The notes below the pieces were generated by a model. That model ran no database searches. It saw only the letters and a program-made list of their open reading frames with translations, and was not told the origin of the DNA. From a virus (Duplodnaviria; Heunggongvirae; Uroviricota; Caudoviricetes), in the IMG/VR virus record IMGVR_UViG_2565956719_000002: 64,000 nt of DNA, one strand, 5' to 3'. A program made the position numbers and the translations under genes. Below, in pieces: positions 1-9,873 of this stretch (position 1 is the first letter of the stretch; every line of letters starts with the position of its first letter).

Positions 1-2
1 CA

Positions 3-368
3 TTTTCTTCTGAAAAGTACCCAAATCTGGCAAAGGTTTACCCAACGTTAAAATTACCTGATTTACGCGGTGAGTTTATCCGTGGTTGGGATGATGGGCG
101 AGGTGTGGATGCGGGAAGGGTCATCTTAAGCATACAGGGGTGGTTAACAGGAAGTCATTATCATAATATTCGGTCATGGGACGCGTGGGATAACACGGTA
201 TTGGTGCCAAATGACAGAGGGGGGGATAGCCTGTTGTCGACAGATAACGCCGTCCAAGAAGGAGCGATTAATGGTAAATTTACCAGTCAATACAGAACGG
301 AGTTATCTGGGGGGAATGAAACCCGCCCACGTAACATTGCCTTCAATTATATTGTGAGAGCAGCATAA
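3..368 (+). CDS. Tail fibre protein, C-terminal variable part (5-prime end lies left of the window)
   Basis: Open frame from window edge; tail-collar motif KLPDLRGEFIRGWDDGRG; ends ETRPRNIAFNYIVRAA; stop overlaps next start (TAATG). Confidence 0.8.
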   Translation, partial: FSSEKYPNLAKVYPTLKLPDLRGEFIRGWDDGRGVDAGRVILSIQGWLTGSHYHNIRSWDAWDNTVLVPNDRGGDSLLSTDNAVQEGAINGKFTSQYRTELSGGNETRPRNIAFNYIVRAA

Positions 369-979
369 TGGATAATGCGATATTAAATAGCGAACTTATA
401 GCCATACAGGCAGGAAACATTATCGTTTATAACTATGATGGTGGTAATCGGGAATATATTTCTGCATCAACTGAATATCTTGCTGTTGGCGTTGGTATTC
501 CGGCACATTCTTGTTTGGATGCTCCAGGCTCACATAAAGCAGGTTATGCGATTCTCCGTTCAGAGGATTTAAGTTCATGGGAGTATGTGCCAGATCATCG
601 TGGCGAAACTGTCTATAGCATTGACACAGGGAATCCCGAAGAAATCACGGTGTTGGGTGACTATCCGGAAAATACAACCACTATCGCCCCGCTAACACCA
701 TACGACAAATGGGATGGAGAGAAATGGGTGGTTGATACTGAGGCTCAACATAGTGCAGCTGTAGAGGCAGCAGAAACAAAACGTCAGTCATTGATTGATA
801 CTGCGATGGATTCCATTAGTCTGATTCAGTTGAAATTACGGGCTGGACGGAAGTTGACGCAGGCAGAAACCACGCAGCTTAACTCCGTGCTAGATTATAT
901 AGACGAGCTGAACGCGATGGATTTAACCACGGCACCAGATCTCAACTGGCCTGAAAAACAACTTTCTACAGCCAGTTGA
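368..979 (+). CDS. Tail fibre assembly protein (Tfa/U-like)
   Basis: 203-aa ORF coupled to the fibre gene; size and position typical of Mu U / P2 G-type chaperones. Confidence 0.7.
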   Translation: MDNAILNSELIAIQAGNIIVYNYDGGNREYISASTEYLAVGVGIPAHSCLDAPGSHKAGYAILRSEDLSSWEYVPDHRGETVYSIDTGNPEEITVLGDYPENTTTIAPLTPYDKWDGEKWVVDTEAQHSAAVEAAETKRQSLIDTAMDSISLIQLKLRAGRKLTQAETTQLNSVLDYIDELNAMDLTTAPDLNWPEKQLSTAS

Positions 980-984
980 TATAA

Positions 985-1482
985 TTAATCCGCCCTCACA
1001 ATATAATTAAATGCAATATTACGAGGGCGGGTTTCTAAGCCAGCAGTACCTAAATTAGCTACGGACTGTTTATATGTTTTAAAAGTTCCATAATTAGGGG
1101 CTGGCAATCCTGCATCGCTTGTGTTCCCCCATCTGATAACTCCCGTATTACCACTAGTAGCCCATGCCTCGTCAAAGTAGAAATTAATTGAGCTGTCAGT
1201 TGCTACGGTTGATTTTGACGGTAATCCGTGAGCATGATCCTCCGTTGCATATCCTTGCTCGCTTAAAATAGAGCGACCTGGATCAATCCCGCGCCCGTCA
1301 TCCCAGCCACGAATGAACTCACCACGTAAATCAGGCAATTTATTTGTCGGGTAAGCCTTTGCCAGTTCCGGGTATTCTTCAGCAGAAAAAGCCGCACCGT
1401 TGCATTTCAGCCAGCCTGTTGGCGGAGTGGCTGAAGGCCACGGAACAGGGACACCAACAGGTAATGCAGAGCCTTCTCCCAA
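985..1482 (-). CDS. Alternative tail-fibre C-terminal segment (Sv-prime-like), silent in this orientation
   Basis: Minus-strand ORF with the same tail-collar motif and same C-terminal ETRPRNIAFNYIVRAD; track start is TTG; frame closes with a stop just beyond the crossover-like site. Confidence 0.7.
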   Translation of the reverse strand: MGEGSALPVGVPVPWPSATPPTGWLKCNGAAFSAEEYPELAKAYPTNKLPDLRGEFIRGWDDGRGIDPGRSILSEQGYATEDHAHGLPSKSTVATDSSINFYFDEAWATSGNTGVIRWGNTSDAGLPAPNYGTFKTYKQSVANLGTAGLETRPRNIAFNYIVRAD

Positions 1483-1500
1483 ACCAACGTTTTAGTCTTA
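1474..1500. other. Putative invertase crossover site (hix/gix/cix-like)
   Basis: TTCTCCCAAACCAACGTTTTAGTCTTA resembles hixL TTCTTGAAAACCAAGGTTTTTGATAA (recalled); sits at the 5-prime edge of the silent fibre segment, about 55 bp before the invertase gene. Confidence 0.45.
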
Positions 1501-1553
1501 ATCCCTACCTATACCAACGATGTATTTTTAACTAAACAAAGAGGTTGTTTTTC

Positions 1554-2126
1554 ATGCAAATTGGCTACATTCGTGTGTCAACAAATGACCAAAACACAGA
1601 TTTACAAAGAAATGCACTGAACTGCGCAGGATGTGAACTGATTTTTGAAGATAAAATAAGCGGAACAAAGTCAGCCAGACCAGGCTTGAAAAAGCTGCTC
1701 AGAACGTTATCAGAAGGAGATACGCTGGTTGTCTGGAAGCTGGATAGGCTTGGCAGAAGTATGAAACACCTTATCACGCTTATAGAGGAGTTGCGGGAAA
1801 AAGGTGTTAATTTCCGTAGTCTGACAGACAGTATTGACACATCAACACCCATGGGGCGTTTCTTTTTTCACGTCATGGGGGCTTTAGCAGAAATGGAACG
1901 TGAATTAATTGTTGAGAGAACACTGGCCGGACTGGCAGCTGCACGCGAACAGGGACGCATTGGCGGACGTCGCCCGAAGTTGACAAAAGAACAACATGAG
2001 CAAATAGCGAGGTTGATCGAAAATGGCTACAGCAGGAAACAGTTGGCAATTATTTACGATATCGGTGTATCGACGATTTATCGTTATCATCCTGTAGAGA
2101 AGCGCCAAACTCAATCTGAGCTGTAA
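1554..2126 (+). CDS. cin: Serine DNA invertase (Cin/Gin/Pin/Hin family)
   Basis: MQIGYIRVSTNDQNTDLQRNAL...VVWKLDRLGRSMKHL...GRFFFHVMGALAEMERELIVERT; close to Pin/Hin as recalled; ATG at 1554 with GAGG upstream. Confidence 0.9.
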   Translation: MQIGYIRVSTNDQNTDLQRNALNCAGCELIFEDKISGTKSARPGLKKLLRTLSEGDTLVVWKLDRLGRSMKHLITLIEELREKGVNFRSLTDSIDTSTPMGRFFFHVMGALAEMERELIVERTLAGLAAAREQGRIGGRRPKLTKEQHEQIARLIENGYSRKQLAIIYDIGVSTIYRYHPVEKRQTQSEL

Positions 2127-2561
2127 TTCTAATGCCGCGTCGGTGTAATTTATCTTGATAGAATAGGTACATTTATCGCGCGGCACATCAATTCGATGTA
2201 TCTAGCGCCTGCTGACCGCTAATGAAAACTGTCCTCGAAATGTTGTCCCTAGCCCGAGACTAGGGTATCACCTCTGGAAAGCATACGCAGAACCTTTTTT
2301 AACCCAGGGTGCCCAGCCTTTTTGCTGCTCGCCTTATTCGCAAAAATTAGCTCACATCCTGCGCTTTCAAGTGCTTTTCACTGCATAGCTGTGTTTTGTT
2401 CATTTGTCTATATGCGTACATAGCCTATTAGCATATTTTCTGCCCACTATCGTTATTTATTGCAAGCTACAGGTTTTAATTAACAAAACCAGTGTGTGTG
2501 GAAATCACAAAGTGCATACCGTTCTCAGATGTTGTTCAACTTACTGTTGTATAGGTAAAAA

Positions 2562-2825
2562 ATGACATTTTATGTACATATCGTGATGTTATCCCTTCTT
2601 GGTGGGGTGTATTCGTATTTGAGTGGGCTATGTGAAAACCGTTACGAGTCTTCATGCAAGAAATTGCTGGCCGAATGTATTTCCGCCGTACTTGCTGGCT
2701 TTATTGGCATGTATCTCGCGGAATATAAGGATATGAATGAAAGCCTTCAGAGCTGCATGGTTCTTATTTTCAGCGCCAATAGCAGGCTTATTATTGAAGG
2801 TTCCAAAAGTCGGTTGAATAGGTAA
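2562..2825 (+). CDS. Small membrane protein, holin-like
   Basis: 87 aa with two hydrophobic stretches, just upstream of the holin/antiholin pair. Confidence 0.4.
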   Translation: MTFYVHIVMLSLLGGVYSYLSGLCENRYESSCKKLLAECISAVLAGFIGMYLAEYKDMNESLQSCMVLIFSANSRLIIEGSKSRLNR

Positions 2826-2849
2826 GTCTCTTATGCAACATAACCGGTT

Positions 2850-2871
2850 GAGAAGTTACTTTGCATACCAT
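2850..2871 (+). promoter_or_regulatory. Late-promoter-like element (weak variant)
   Basis: GAGAAGTTACTTTGCATACCAT aligns with the motif shared upstream of lysozyme, portal, pacA and the baseplate block. Confidence 0.3.
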
Positions 2872-2899
2872 TACCTCCTGACAACGTAGGAGGGAACTT

Positions 2900-3229
2900 G
2901 TGCTTGACACACAGGAATTAGCTCCAGTTGCTATTGCGCTCCTGCTTTCAGTAATTGGTGGGATAGGCACGTTCCTGATGGATGTCCGAGACGGTCGCCA
3001 GTCTGGCAATTTGTTGGGATTGGTTACGGAGATCTTTGTTGCAGTGACAGCTGGCGCGGTGGCGTACCTATTGGGGCAACACGAGGGCTGGGAGTTATCA
3101 ATTACGTACTTAATGGTAACGATAGCCAGCAATAACGGTCATGAGGTGATTTCAGGGATGAAACGAGTGAATATCGATAGCATTCTGAATGTTCTTACAA
3201 GTTTGGTGAAAAAGGGAGGCGGGAAATGA
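2900..3229 (+). CDS. lydA: Holin (LydA-like)
   Basis: 109 aa, hydrophobic segments, GTG start; position relative to lydB/darA-like genes. Confidence 0.55.
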   Translation: MLDTQELAPVAIALLLSVIGGIGTFLMDVRDGRQSGNLLGLVTEIFVAVTAGAVAYLLGQHEGWELSITYLMVTIASNNGHEVISGMKRVNIDSILNVLTSLVKKGGGK

Positions 3230-3669
3230 TTGGCTGGGGTGTATGCGTTCTTGCGTTAGCCTTAGCCGATCGCTATTTGCTAAAACGCAAGGACATCACG
3301 CATTTAGAACTTGGTGATGTGGAAATTAAACCGGGTTTCATCCGGGTGCCGTTCAAATACCGGTCTAAATTCCCGTTTTTGCGCGGCGCAACGGTCAGAT
3401 ATTGGATCCGCGATGTTCAGAAGCCGACGACAGTGATTGAAGGCGAACAACGTTGTTTGACGTCGGCTGAACAGGGCGAAAACAGTGAATGGTTGTACAT
3501 ACCCACTGAATATATGGGTAAAGGAGAGCGACTGTGGCATTTCAACGTCATGGTTACGCATGGCGACTCGTTCATTAACCCGTTGTATCGGATTTTCCCT
3601 GTTACTCAGCAAATCCGCAGAAGTTACGTAATAAATCTCGCACAGGATGTGTCAGATGACGAAAAATAA
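3226..3669 (+). CDS. lydB: Antiholin-like protein (LydB-like)
   Basis: 147 aa, N-terminal hydrophobic segment, start overlaps holin stop. Confidence 0.5.
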   Translation: MIGWGVCVLALALADRYLLKRKDITHLELGDVEIKPGFIRVPFKYRSKFPFLRGATVRYWIRDVQKPTTVIEGEQRCLTSAEQGENSEWLYIPTEYMGKGERLWHFNVMVTHGDSFINPLYRIFPVTQQIRRSYVINLAQDVSDDEK

Positions 3670-4258
3670 GTATGCAACGGTCGATTTTGACCAGGTTAAT
3701 GAAAAGGGGCTGAAATCCCTTATCGCGGCGATCAATAAAACCGGTGTTACGGTAATTGAGGTTGACTCCAGCAACCGCGCAACAACGAAAGATGGCGTTA
3801 AAGTTAAAACCGCAAAGCTGGTTCTTAACGACGGACAAATTCTTGCCATACAGGTAAACGATACTGGCGATATATCGTCTGTGAGGCTGAATGGAAAAGC
3901 TATTCCTAACGCTCAATCGCCGGATATCAAGACGCTTGGTACCGTCATGGGGCAAGCGGCCCGCAAAAACTCCGCAAAATTCCAGAAATCACTGATCGCC
4001 AAAGCGAAACGTGTTGCCAATCCGGTAGACAAGAAACCGGCAGTAAAATCCAATTTTCAGCGCCTGCAAGAGGCAAAACAGCGGAATGCTCAGGTGGTTG
4101 CCGCTTATAAATCAGCGCAGAACTCGGTGTCTTTCAATCAACAGCAGATCACTGATTTGCGGGCGAAGCTGGATAAGGAGACAGGCCGACTCAATAACGA
4201 AAAGGCCCGAAATGGCGAACTCAAACGCCGTCTTAAGCAACTGAAAGCAGGAAATTAA
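3647..4258 (+). CDS. hdf: Hdf-like protein (paralog of a DarA segment)
   Basis: 203 aa; shares a KNSAKFQ-containing coiled-coil segment with the downstream 639-aa protein. Confidence 0.55.
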   Translation: MCQMTKNKYATVDFDQVNEKGLKSLIAAINKTGVTVIEVDSSNRATTKDGVKVKTAKLVLNDGQILAIQVNDTGDISSVRLNGKAIPNAQSPDIKTLGTVMGQAARKNSAKFQKSLIAKAKRVANPVDKKPAVKSNFQRLQEAKQRNAQVVAAYKSAQNSVSFNQQQITDLRAKLDKETGRLNNEKARNGELKRRLKQLKAGN

Positions 4259-4259
4259 C

Positions 4260-6179
4260 ATGGAACAGTTCAATATCAATAAAGGGGTGACGATCAAGCC
4301 TGGGCTTGACGTGCTTCCCCCGCCAGTGACTGATGATGAATATCGCGCATTAATGGCCGGTGAGGACCGCTATCTGATGACGGAATCCAACACCCTGGAG
4401 GAAATCGAGGCTACGTTCTTCTATGACACGCCGATCCACTGGTGTGCTACGGATTTACTGGAGGCGATTAGTTCTACTCGTTTGCAGTTACACCGGACCA
4501 TGCAGGCATTTGTCCGGGCATTGAACCAGAAGCTGAATGGTACCGGAATCTCTGCGGGGAGTGATAAAACGGGGGATGTGGCCCAGAGCGGCGCGCGCGC
4601 GATCGGCGGCGCTGAAATTGGCCGGGCACGTAACGTTAACGGGCTGCCGGTCTTGCCAGCCATTATTCCGCTCAGTGATGGTCAGACTATCAGCATTCTG
4701 TTTCATAGCCCGACAGCGGAAAACCGGATCACCAATAGCGATACGCTGGTTGCTTTCCAGTTCTTACTGAATAAAAAAGACGTTACTCACACCGTTGCTC
4801 CGATGAGTGGACGTGATATGACGCTGGCGCAGGTCACCATGAAACTTGCCAACCTTGCAGAGAAAAACTCGGCAAAATTCCAGCGTGCGCAGAAGAAGAA
4901 AAAAGCCCTTGTTGATGAAATAACCCAACTACAGGCTGACAGTGACCAGAAAGAGGATGCCATGAGCGACCTCGCGGATCAGGTGGCAGCGGTAGAAGGG
5001 CAGAAGGCAGATCTGGAGCAGAAAATTAACGCTGTTGCATCGGAAGCGGATTCTCTTTATGAAGAGAATGAGCGTTTGCAGACGGAGATTGATCAGCTCA
5101 ATCGCACTGGTGGGCGCGATACCATTGCTCCAGCGGGGATGACTGGTGGGCACTCTCGCGCGCTGACGGATCGCCTTGCCAGTATCAAAAATCGTATGCA
5201 TATGGACGGGGAAGTGACGCTCAGTAATGGTGCATCAATGAAGCAATTCATTGGGGGCGGCGAAGGGTATATCCAGTTAACCGATCAGGATGGCAGCGTA
5301 TACATGATCAAGGCTAAATCCATACAGGGTGTGGACATGGCAGATGCGATCGGCAAGCTGTTTAAAGCCTATAAAGCGGGTAATGTATCGGAATACCTGG
5401 TCCAACCAGAAGAACATAAACCGGAAAACGTCGAACCTGAACCAGCGGAGGATACCGGTAGCTCTTCGCCTGAACCAGAAGTCTCTGTAGGTGCATATCG
5501 ATATGCCCTGCAAATGCGTCCGGCGGCCCCTGGCGCAATACCTGAAGGTAACAAAGCAATTCTGCCGCGCCCTGATGAAGGTGACCCGTATTATGAATAT
5601 GCACGCTACGGCATTGCTACTTACGATACCCCGCTTTCTGATCAGCAAATGAGTGAGTACGACCTGAAGTTATTGCCTCGCGAGGATTCTTTCGACTTCC
5701 TGGCGAAGACACTTACTAATGGTCCGTTTGGCAAATATGCACAAAAAACTCTGGATCTGGCCACCAGCTCACCAGACGAGTTCCGCGTAATGCTGAAAAC
5801 TCAGTTTCAAAAAACTTTCCCCAATATTGCGTTTCCGGGGGGCGCTGGCACCGAGAAAATGGTGCAGAGCATGATCAATACATTGCAGGCCGAAGTCGGT
5901 GAGATTACTCAGCCAGAACCGGCCCCGGCACAGCCTGATGAAACGGTTAGCGAAGCAGATGCAGAGGCTAATAAAGCCATTGAATATCTCAATAACGTGA
6001 TGGATATGCAAAGCACTGACATGGCGGAGATCCGTAACGCTCGGGGCAATGTCCGGGAAGCGATTGCAGCCCTTCAGGCTGCCGGACGTTTTGAGGAAAA
6101 CGAAGAGCTGGTTAACGGCGCAGCTCGCCACCTGGCTGATCTGTTGGTAGCAATCCAGAAAGCGGGGGTAGCGGCATGA
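4260..6179 (+). CDS. darA: DarA-like head-internal anti-restriction protein
   Basis: 639 aa, coiled-coil middle, acidic stretches; operon context hdf-darA-ddrA-ddrB. Confidence 0.65.
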   Translation: MEQFNINKGVTIKPGLDVLPPPVTDDEYRALMAGEDRYLMTESNTLEEIEATFFYDTPIHWCATDLLEAISSTRLQLHRTMQAFVRALNQKLNGTGISAGSDKTGDVAQSGARAIGGAEIGRARNVNGLPVLPAIIPLSDGQTISILFHSPTAENRITNSDTLVAFQFLLNKKDVTHTVAPMSGRDMTLAQVTMKLANLAEKNSAKFQRAQKKKKALVDEITQLQADSDQKEDAMSDLADQVAAVEGQKADLEQKINAVASEADSLYEENERLQTEIDQLNRTGGRDTIAPAGMTGGHSRALTDRLASIKNRMHMDGEVTLSNGASMKQFIGGGEGYIQLTDQDGSVYMIKAKSIQGVDMADAIGKLFKAYKAGNVSEYLVQPEEHKPENVEPEPAEDTGSSSPEPEVSVGAYRYALQMRPAAPGAIPEGNKAILPRPDEGDPYYEYARYGIATYDTPLSDQQMSEYDLKLLPREDSFDFLAKTLTNGPFGKYAQKTLDLATSSPDEFRVMLKTQFQKTFPNIAFPGGAGTEKMVQSMINTLQAEVGEITQPEPAPAQPDETVSEADAEANKAIEYLNNVMDMQSTDMAEIRNARGNVREAIAALQAAGRFEENEELVNGAARHLADLLVAIQKAGVAA

Positions 6180-6541
6180 CACTATCAGCTATTGAGTTAA
6201 TGGATCTCAGCGATAAGTTGGATGCTCTGATGTCCAAAGCGGCTACCGCGAGTGGCATGGAGTTGCTGGATATCAGCGATGAAATTGACCAGATCATGCA
6301 ACAGATGGGGTACGGTGTGTCCGGCGGCAGTAGTGGCGAGGAAAAACAACCTTCGGTACATGATGGTGTGCCAAAACTGGTTGCTGATTTCCTGGCTGAT
6401 AAATTCGTCGATCAGAGCACCGATGCATTTATCGGTACCTTGCAGGATTTGAGTCAATATGTTGGCACATACATCGACCTGGACCAGGTTAAACAGCACA
6501 CGGCGGCATGGATAGCCGCCAACATTAAAGAGGCAGCATAA
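6176..6541 (+). CDS. DdrA-like small acidic protein
   Basis: 121 aa, start overlaps darA stop. Confidence 0.45.
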   Translation: MTLSAIELMDLSDKLDALMSKAATASGMELLDISDEIDQIMQQMGYGVSGGSSGEEKQPSVHDGVPKLVADFLADKFVDQSTDAFIGTLQDLSQYVGTYIDLDQVKQHTAAWIAANIKEAA

Positions 6542-6553
6542 GGCGTAACAGGG

Positions 6554-9541
6554 ATGAGCTTAAGCGATCAGGTGGTGATGGCCACCAGCATAGAAACGCT
6601 GATCGAGCTGCTAAAAAACCTGCCCGATTACGGGCGGGTTTCGTATGTGGTGACAGCGAAGGGAGACGAGGTAAAAACAGCGTTTGATATCGTCGATGCC
6701 TCAGCTCTTTTGGTATCCAATACTCTGGATGGGAAAATTAATCCAGACTATCCCCAGGAACTTCAGCCGCGCGACCGGACCCGCGCATCCAGCCTTCTTC
6801 AGGTCAACCAGATATCCAAGGATTTGCGTCCTGCCCAGCTTACCGACTCCGGTTTATCCAGCCATGGCGCGCCGATAATTGGTGAGGACAATGCCATTGA
6901 GTCAGGTAATGGACGGACCATGGGGATCATCAAAGCCTATCAGGACGGCAATGCGGATCGGTATCGTGAGTACCTGATTAAACATGCGACCGAATTCGGA
7001 ATACGACCTGAAAAGGTTGAATCAATGACGGCTCCGGTACTGGTGCGCCGCCGGTTAACGAAGGTTGACCGTGTTCAGTTTGCCAAGGACTCAAATATTT
7101 CTGATCTCCAGGAAATGGCAGCCAGTGAAAAGGCTTTTGTTGATGCCGACAGCATAACTCCGGCGATGATGGCGCTGTTTAACCCATCAGAAAGCGGAGA
7201 TCTGCTTAGCCGCAGTAATGACGCGTTTATTCGCGGATTCATGACGCAAGTTGGTGCCACACAGGCTGCTGGCCTTGTAACGGAAGATGGGCGACCAACA
7301 CGGCAACTTGTTGACCGTATACAAAACGCGATCTTTGCCAAGGCATATAAGGATGCGCGCCTGGTAAGGATGGTTGCAGAAGAACCTGATCCGGATATGC
7401 GTAATGTTCTGACGGCGCTTAATGCGGCAGCCAATGATTTTGTCCAGATGCAGGCTTTATCAGGAGAAGCGCACAAGCAGGCTGTGACAACTATTGTTGA
7501 TGGCATTGAGACAGCGGATAGCCTCGATAAAAAGGCGCTGGAGGCATTGAAAGATGCGGTAGACCTGGTAAGGCAATCGAAGGAGTCAGGCCAGCATATT
7601 ACCGATGTTATTGCTCAGGGGGATATGTTCAGCGAAACGGCCCCGGAAGTGAAAGCACTCGCGTTGTTCATCGTCGCGAATAACCGTAGCGCGAAGCGTA
7701 TGGCCACCGCCTTTAAGTTGATGGCTCAACGTATCAATGATGAGTTACAGCACCAGGGCCAGGCGCTGGGGGATATGTTTGGCGGCGGCGATGTGTCGTT
7801 ACAGGATATCCTTCGCCAGGTGTCTCAGGAACTGGAAAACGAAGGCATGCAAGGGATATCCGGCGGTCTTTTCGAGTCCGTTTCCGGCGGTAGTTACAAC
7901 GGTGTTGCTCCATATACCAGCTTGCTATTACATCGGGCATCCGGCATCAAAGATATTATTCATCTGATCAGGCTGCTTTCCCGTGCAGATCCCCAGGATG
8001 AACAGCTTGTTCAAGTGCTTGCGCATTTTGTTCGAATGCCTGTTGCCGACGTGAAAAAATGGTGCCGATTATTCGGTATCAGCAATTCGTTACTTCGCGG
8101 CTTGTTAAATCACGCATCCTCCCTTGGGCGCGATGGCTTTGACGAGATAGCGCAGGCGATAAAAAACGGAGATATGCCACCAGCTATTGACTGGTTTTCC
8201 ATTCGCCCAACCAGGGTGAAAGCATTCCTTAGCGCGGCGCATTCGGCATCACCATTGGCAGAAATGGTTCAGAGGTTGTCGCTCATATTCACAGACCATA
8301 CCGCGTTGGGTGATCTGACTCTGGACGAGATGAAAGACGCCTCCATTCAGTGGGCCGATCAACAAAATGAGGTTAACTCAGACTTCTTGCCAGCATTCAG
8401 GAAGGCCGTTAGTAAAGCGGATGATGCCCGTGGAATTCTGAAGGCATTTAAGGCATTGCAAAGTCGTGTTAATAAACATGTCGGTGATATCGATGGGGTA
8501 ACGGCGGAAGGCCGGGATATCCTTAAAGAGCACGGCATAACGCCAGAGTTTATTGATGAGATCAGGACTGATATGCAGCGTGAGGTCGTATCGTCCCTGC
8601 AAATCGTAGCCAGAGCGTTGGCGGATGCTAATCCGAAGAGTGCGGCCATTGTTAACCGGGTTATTGGTGATATTGAAGCATCGGAGGGCATGGGGGCGCT
8701 GAAACTCTTCCTTTCGCGAGCGTTTAATCCTAACGGCAATATTCTCCCTGGCATTATTGGTGAGGCTAAAAAGTATGTCAGTGAAGAAGAACTTGAGCAG
8801 CTTGACCAACTACTTAAGCGATTCTCATATAATCCGCAGACACGCTGGCAAATGAATCAGCGAAGTATGGGTTCGGTCCACGAGAAAGTGTTATCTGCCA
8901 TGAACAGTGCGATCGCCAACTCATCCGTATCTGAAGAAAAAGCTCTTGAGTGGGCCGACTCTTTTATCACGGAAGAAGTGGAAGAAGCCCGCGCTGGACA
9001 GAATGGTGGGATAGACCTGCGCAAGGAACTTGCTGATATTTATCGCCTGACCGGCGGTAAAATTTCGACCTTATCAAAGGTGGTTCACCACCAGGGAAGG
9101 GCATATGCAAATCTTAATGGTGTTGTTGCTGTCGATTTGCACGATGAAAATGCAAATGCACTGTGGCACGAGCTGGGTCATCATCTTGAGTACAGTAACC
9201 CGGGTTTGTTAGAGAAAGCCAGGTCATTCCTGAAGGCCAATGTTGAAGGGGATAAGCCATCTTTCGTTAATATTGGTGGGCGTGGCAAGCCTGAATGGTG
9301 CTTCAGATCTCGATTGAGTGATATTTATATGGCGAAGGTATACCCGCCAGCCTCAGTAAGTAACACCGGGAAAATTCGGCAGAAATCACCGACTATTTCC
9401 AAAACGTCAGCAACGGAAGTATTCTCTATGGCTCTTCAGTTGTATCATGACAAAGAGGCCGCTGCCGCATCACTGATGAATGGTGACGGATTGCTGGAAC
9501 TGTTATTAGGTGTGGCAAAGGAGCTAAATAATGCAGATTAA
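6554..9541 (+). CDS. DdrB-like large head-associated protein
   Basis: 995-aa ORF continuing the darA operon; position only. Confidence 0.5.
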   Translation: MSLSDQVVMATSIETLIELLKNLPDYGRVSYVVTAKGDEVKTAFDIVDASALLVSNTLDGKINPDYPQELQPRDRTRASSLLQVNQISKDLRPAQLTDSGLSSHGAPIIGEDNAIESGNGRTMGIIKAYQDGNADRYREYLIKHATEFGIRPEKVESMTAPVLVRRRLTKVDRVQFAKDSNISDLQEMAASEKAFVDADSITPAMMALFNPSESGDLLSRSNDAFIRGFMTQVGATQAAGLVTEDGRPTRQLVDRIQNAIFAKAYKDARLVRMVAEEPDPDMRNVLTALNAAANDFVQMQALSGEAHKQAVTTIVDGIETADSLDKKALEALKDAVDLVRQSKESGQHITDVIAQGDMFSETAPEVKALALFIVANNRSAKRMATAFKLMAQRINDELQHQGQALGDMFGGGDVSLQDILRQVSQELENEGMQGISGGLFESVSGGSYNGVAPYTSLLLHRASGIKDIIHLIRLLSRADPQDEQLVQVLAHFVRMPVADVKKWCRLFGISNSLLRGLLNHASSLGRDGFDEIAQAIKNGDMPPAIDWFSIRPTRVKAFLSAAHSASPLAEMVQRLSLIFTDHTALGDLTLDEMKDASIQWADQQNEVNSDFLPAFRKAVSKADDARGILKAFKALQSRVNKHVGDIDGVTAEGRDILKEHGITPEFIDEIRTDMQREVVSSLQIVARALADANPKSAAIVNRVIGDIEASEGMGALKLFLSRAFNPNGNILPGIIGEAKKYVSEEELEQLDQLLKRFSYNPQTRWQMNQRSMGSVHEKVLSAMNSAIANSSVSEEKALEWADSFITEEVEEARAGQNGGIDLRKELADIYRLTGGKISTLSKVVHHQGRAYANLNGVVAVDLHDENANALWHELGHHLEYSNPGLLEKARSFLKANVEGDKPSFVNIGGRGKPEWCFRSRLSDIYMAKVYPPASVSNTGKIRQKSPTISKTSATEVFSMALQLYHDKEAAAASLMNGDGLLELLLGVAKELNNAD

Positions 9542-9842
9542 AATCGCAGCGCCATTAGGCGGAGATGCCATTATCGAATTTGATGATAATGAAGAAGTTT
9601 CCGGGCGTTTAAGCATTATCTCCGGTGACATTACCGAGGACATGATCGCTGAAGCCATAGCTGGGGCAAATCCCAATAGCTATATGGGATTCGTTAACAC
9701 CCTTGATGCTCCCGCAAGTGATGTTCTCCGAACGCTGCATCTTTACGCTGGCTGGTTTGTTGATTGGCCAGCAGTAGATGGTGGCGATGAGGACGACGAC
9801 GACGATGATTTTGGTGATCATGTAGACCAGATCGTATATTGA
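9531..9842 (+). CDS. Small acidic protein with poly-Asp tract
   Basis: 103 aa, AAGGAG upstream, start overlaps ddrB-like stop; C-terminal GGDEDDDDDDFGDH. Confidence 0.4.
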   Translation: MQIKIAAPLGGDAIIEFDDNEEVSGRLSIISGDITEDMIAEAIAGANPNSYMGFVNTLDAPASDVLRTLHLYAGWFVDWPAVDGGDEDDDDDDFGDHVDQIVY

Positions 9843-9845
9843 AGA

Positions 9846-9870
9846 AATCCCGCCAATTGGCGGGATTTTT
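9846..9870. terminator. Rho-independent terminator between convergent operons
   Basis: AATCCCGCCAATTGGCGGGATT hairpin followed by TTTTT. Confidence 0.7.
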
Positions 9871-9873
9871 ACC

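Noticed and set aside
2247-2265. Hairpin CCCTAG-CCCGAGA-CTAGGG after the invertase gene as a terminator
   Set aside because: No T-run follows on either strand.
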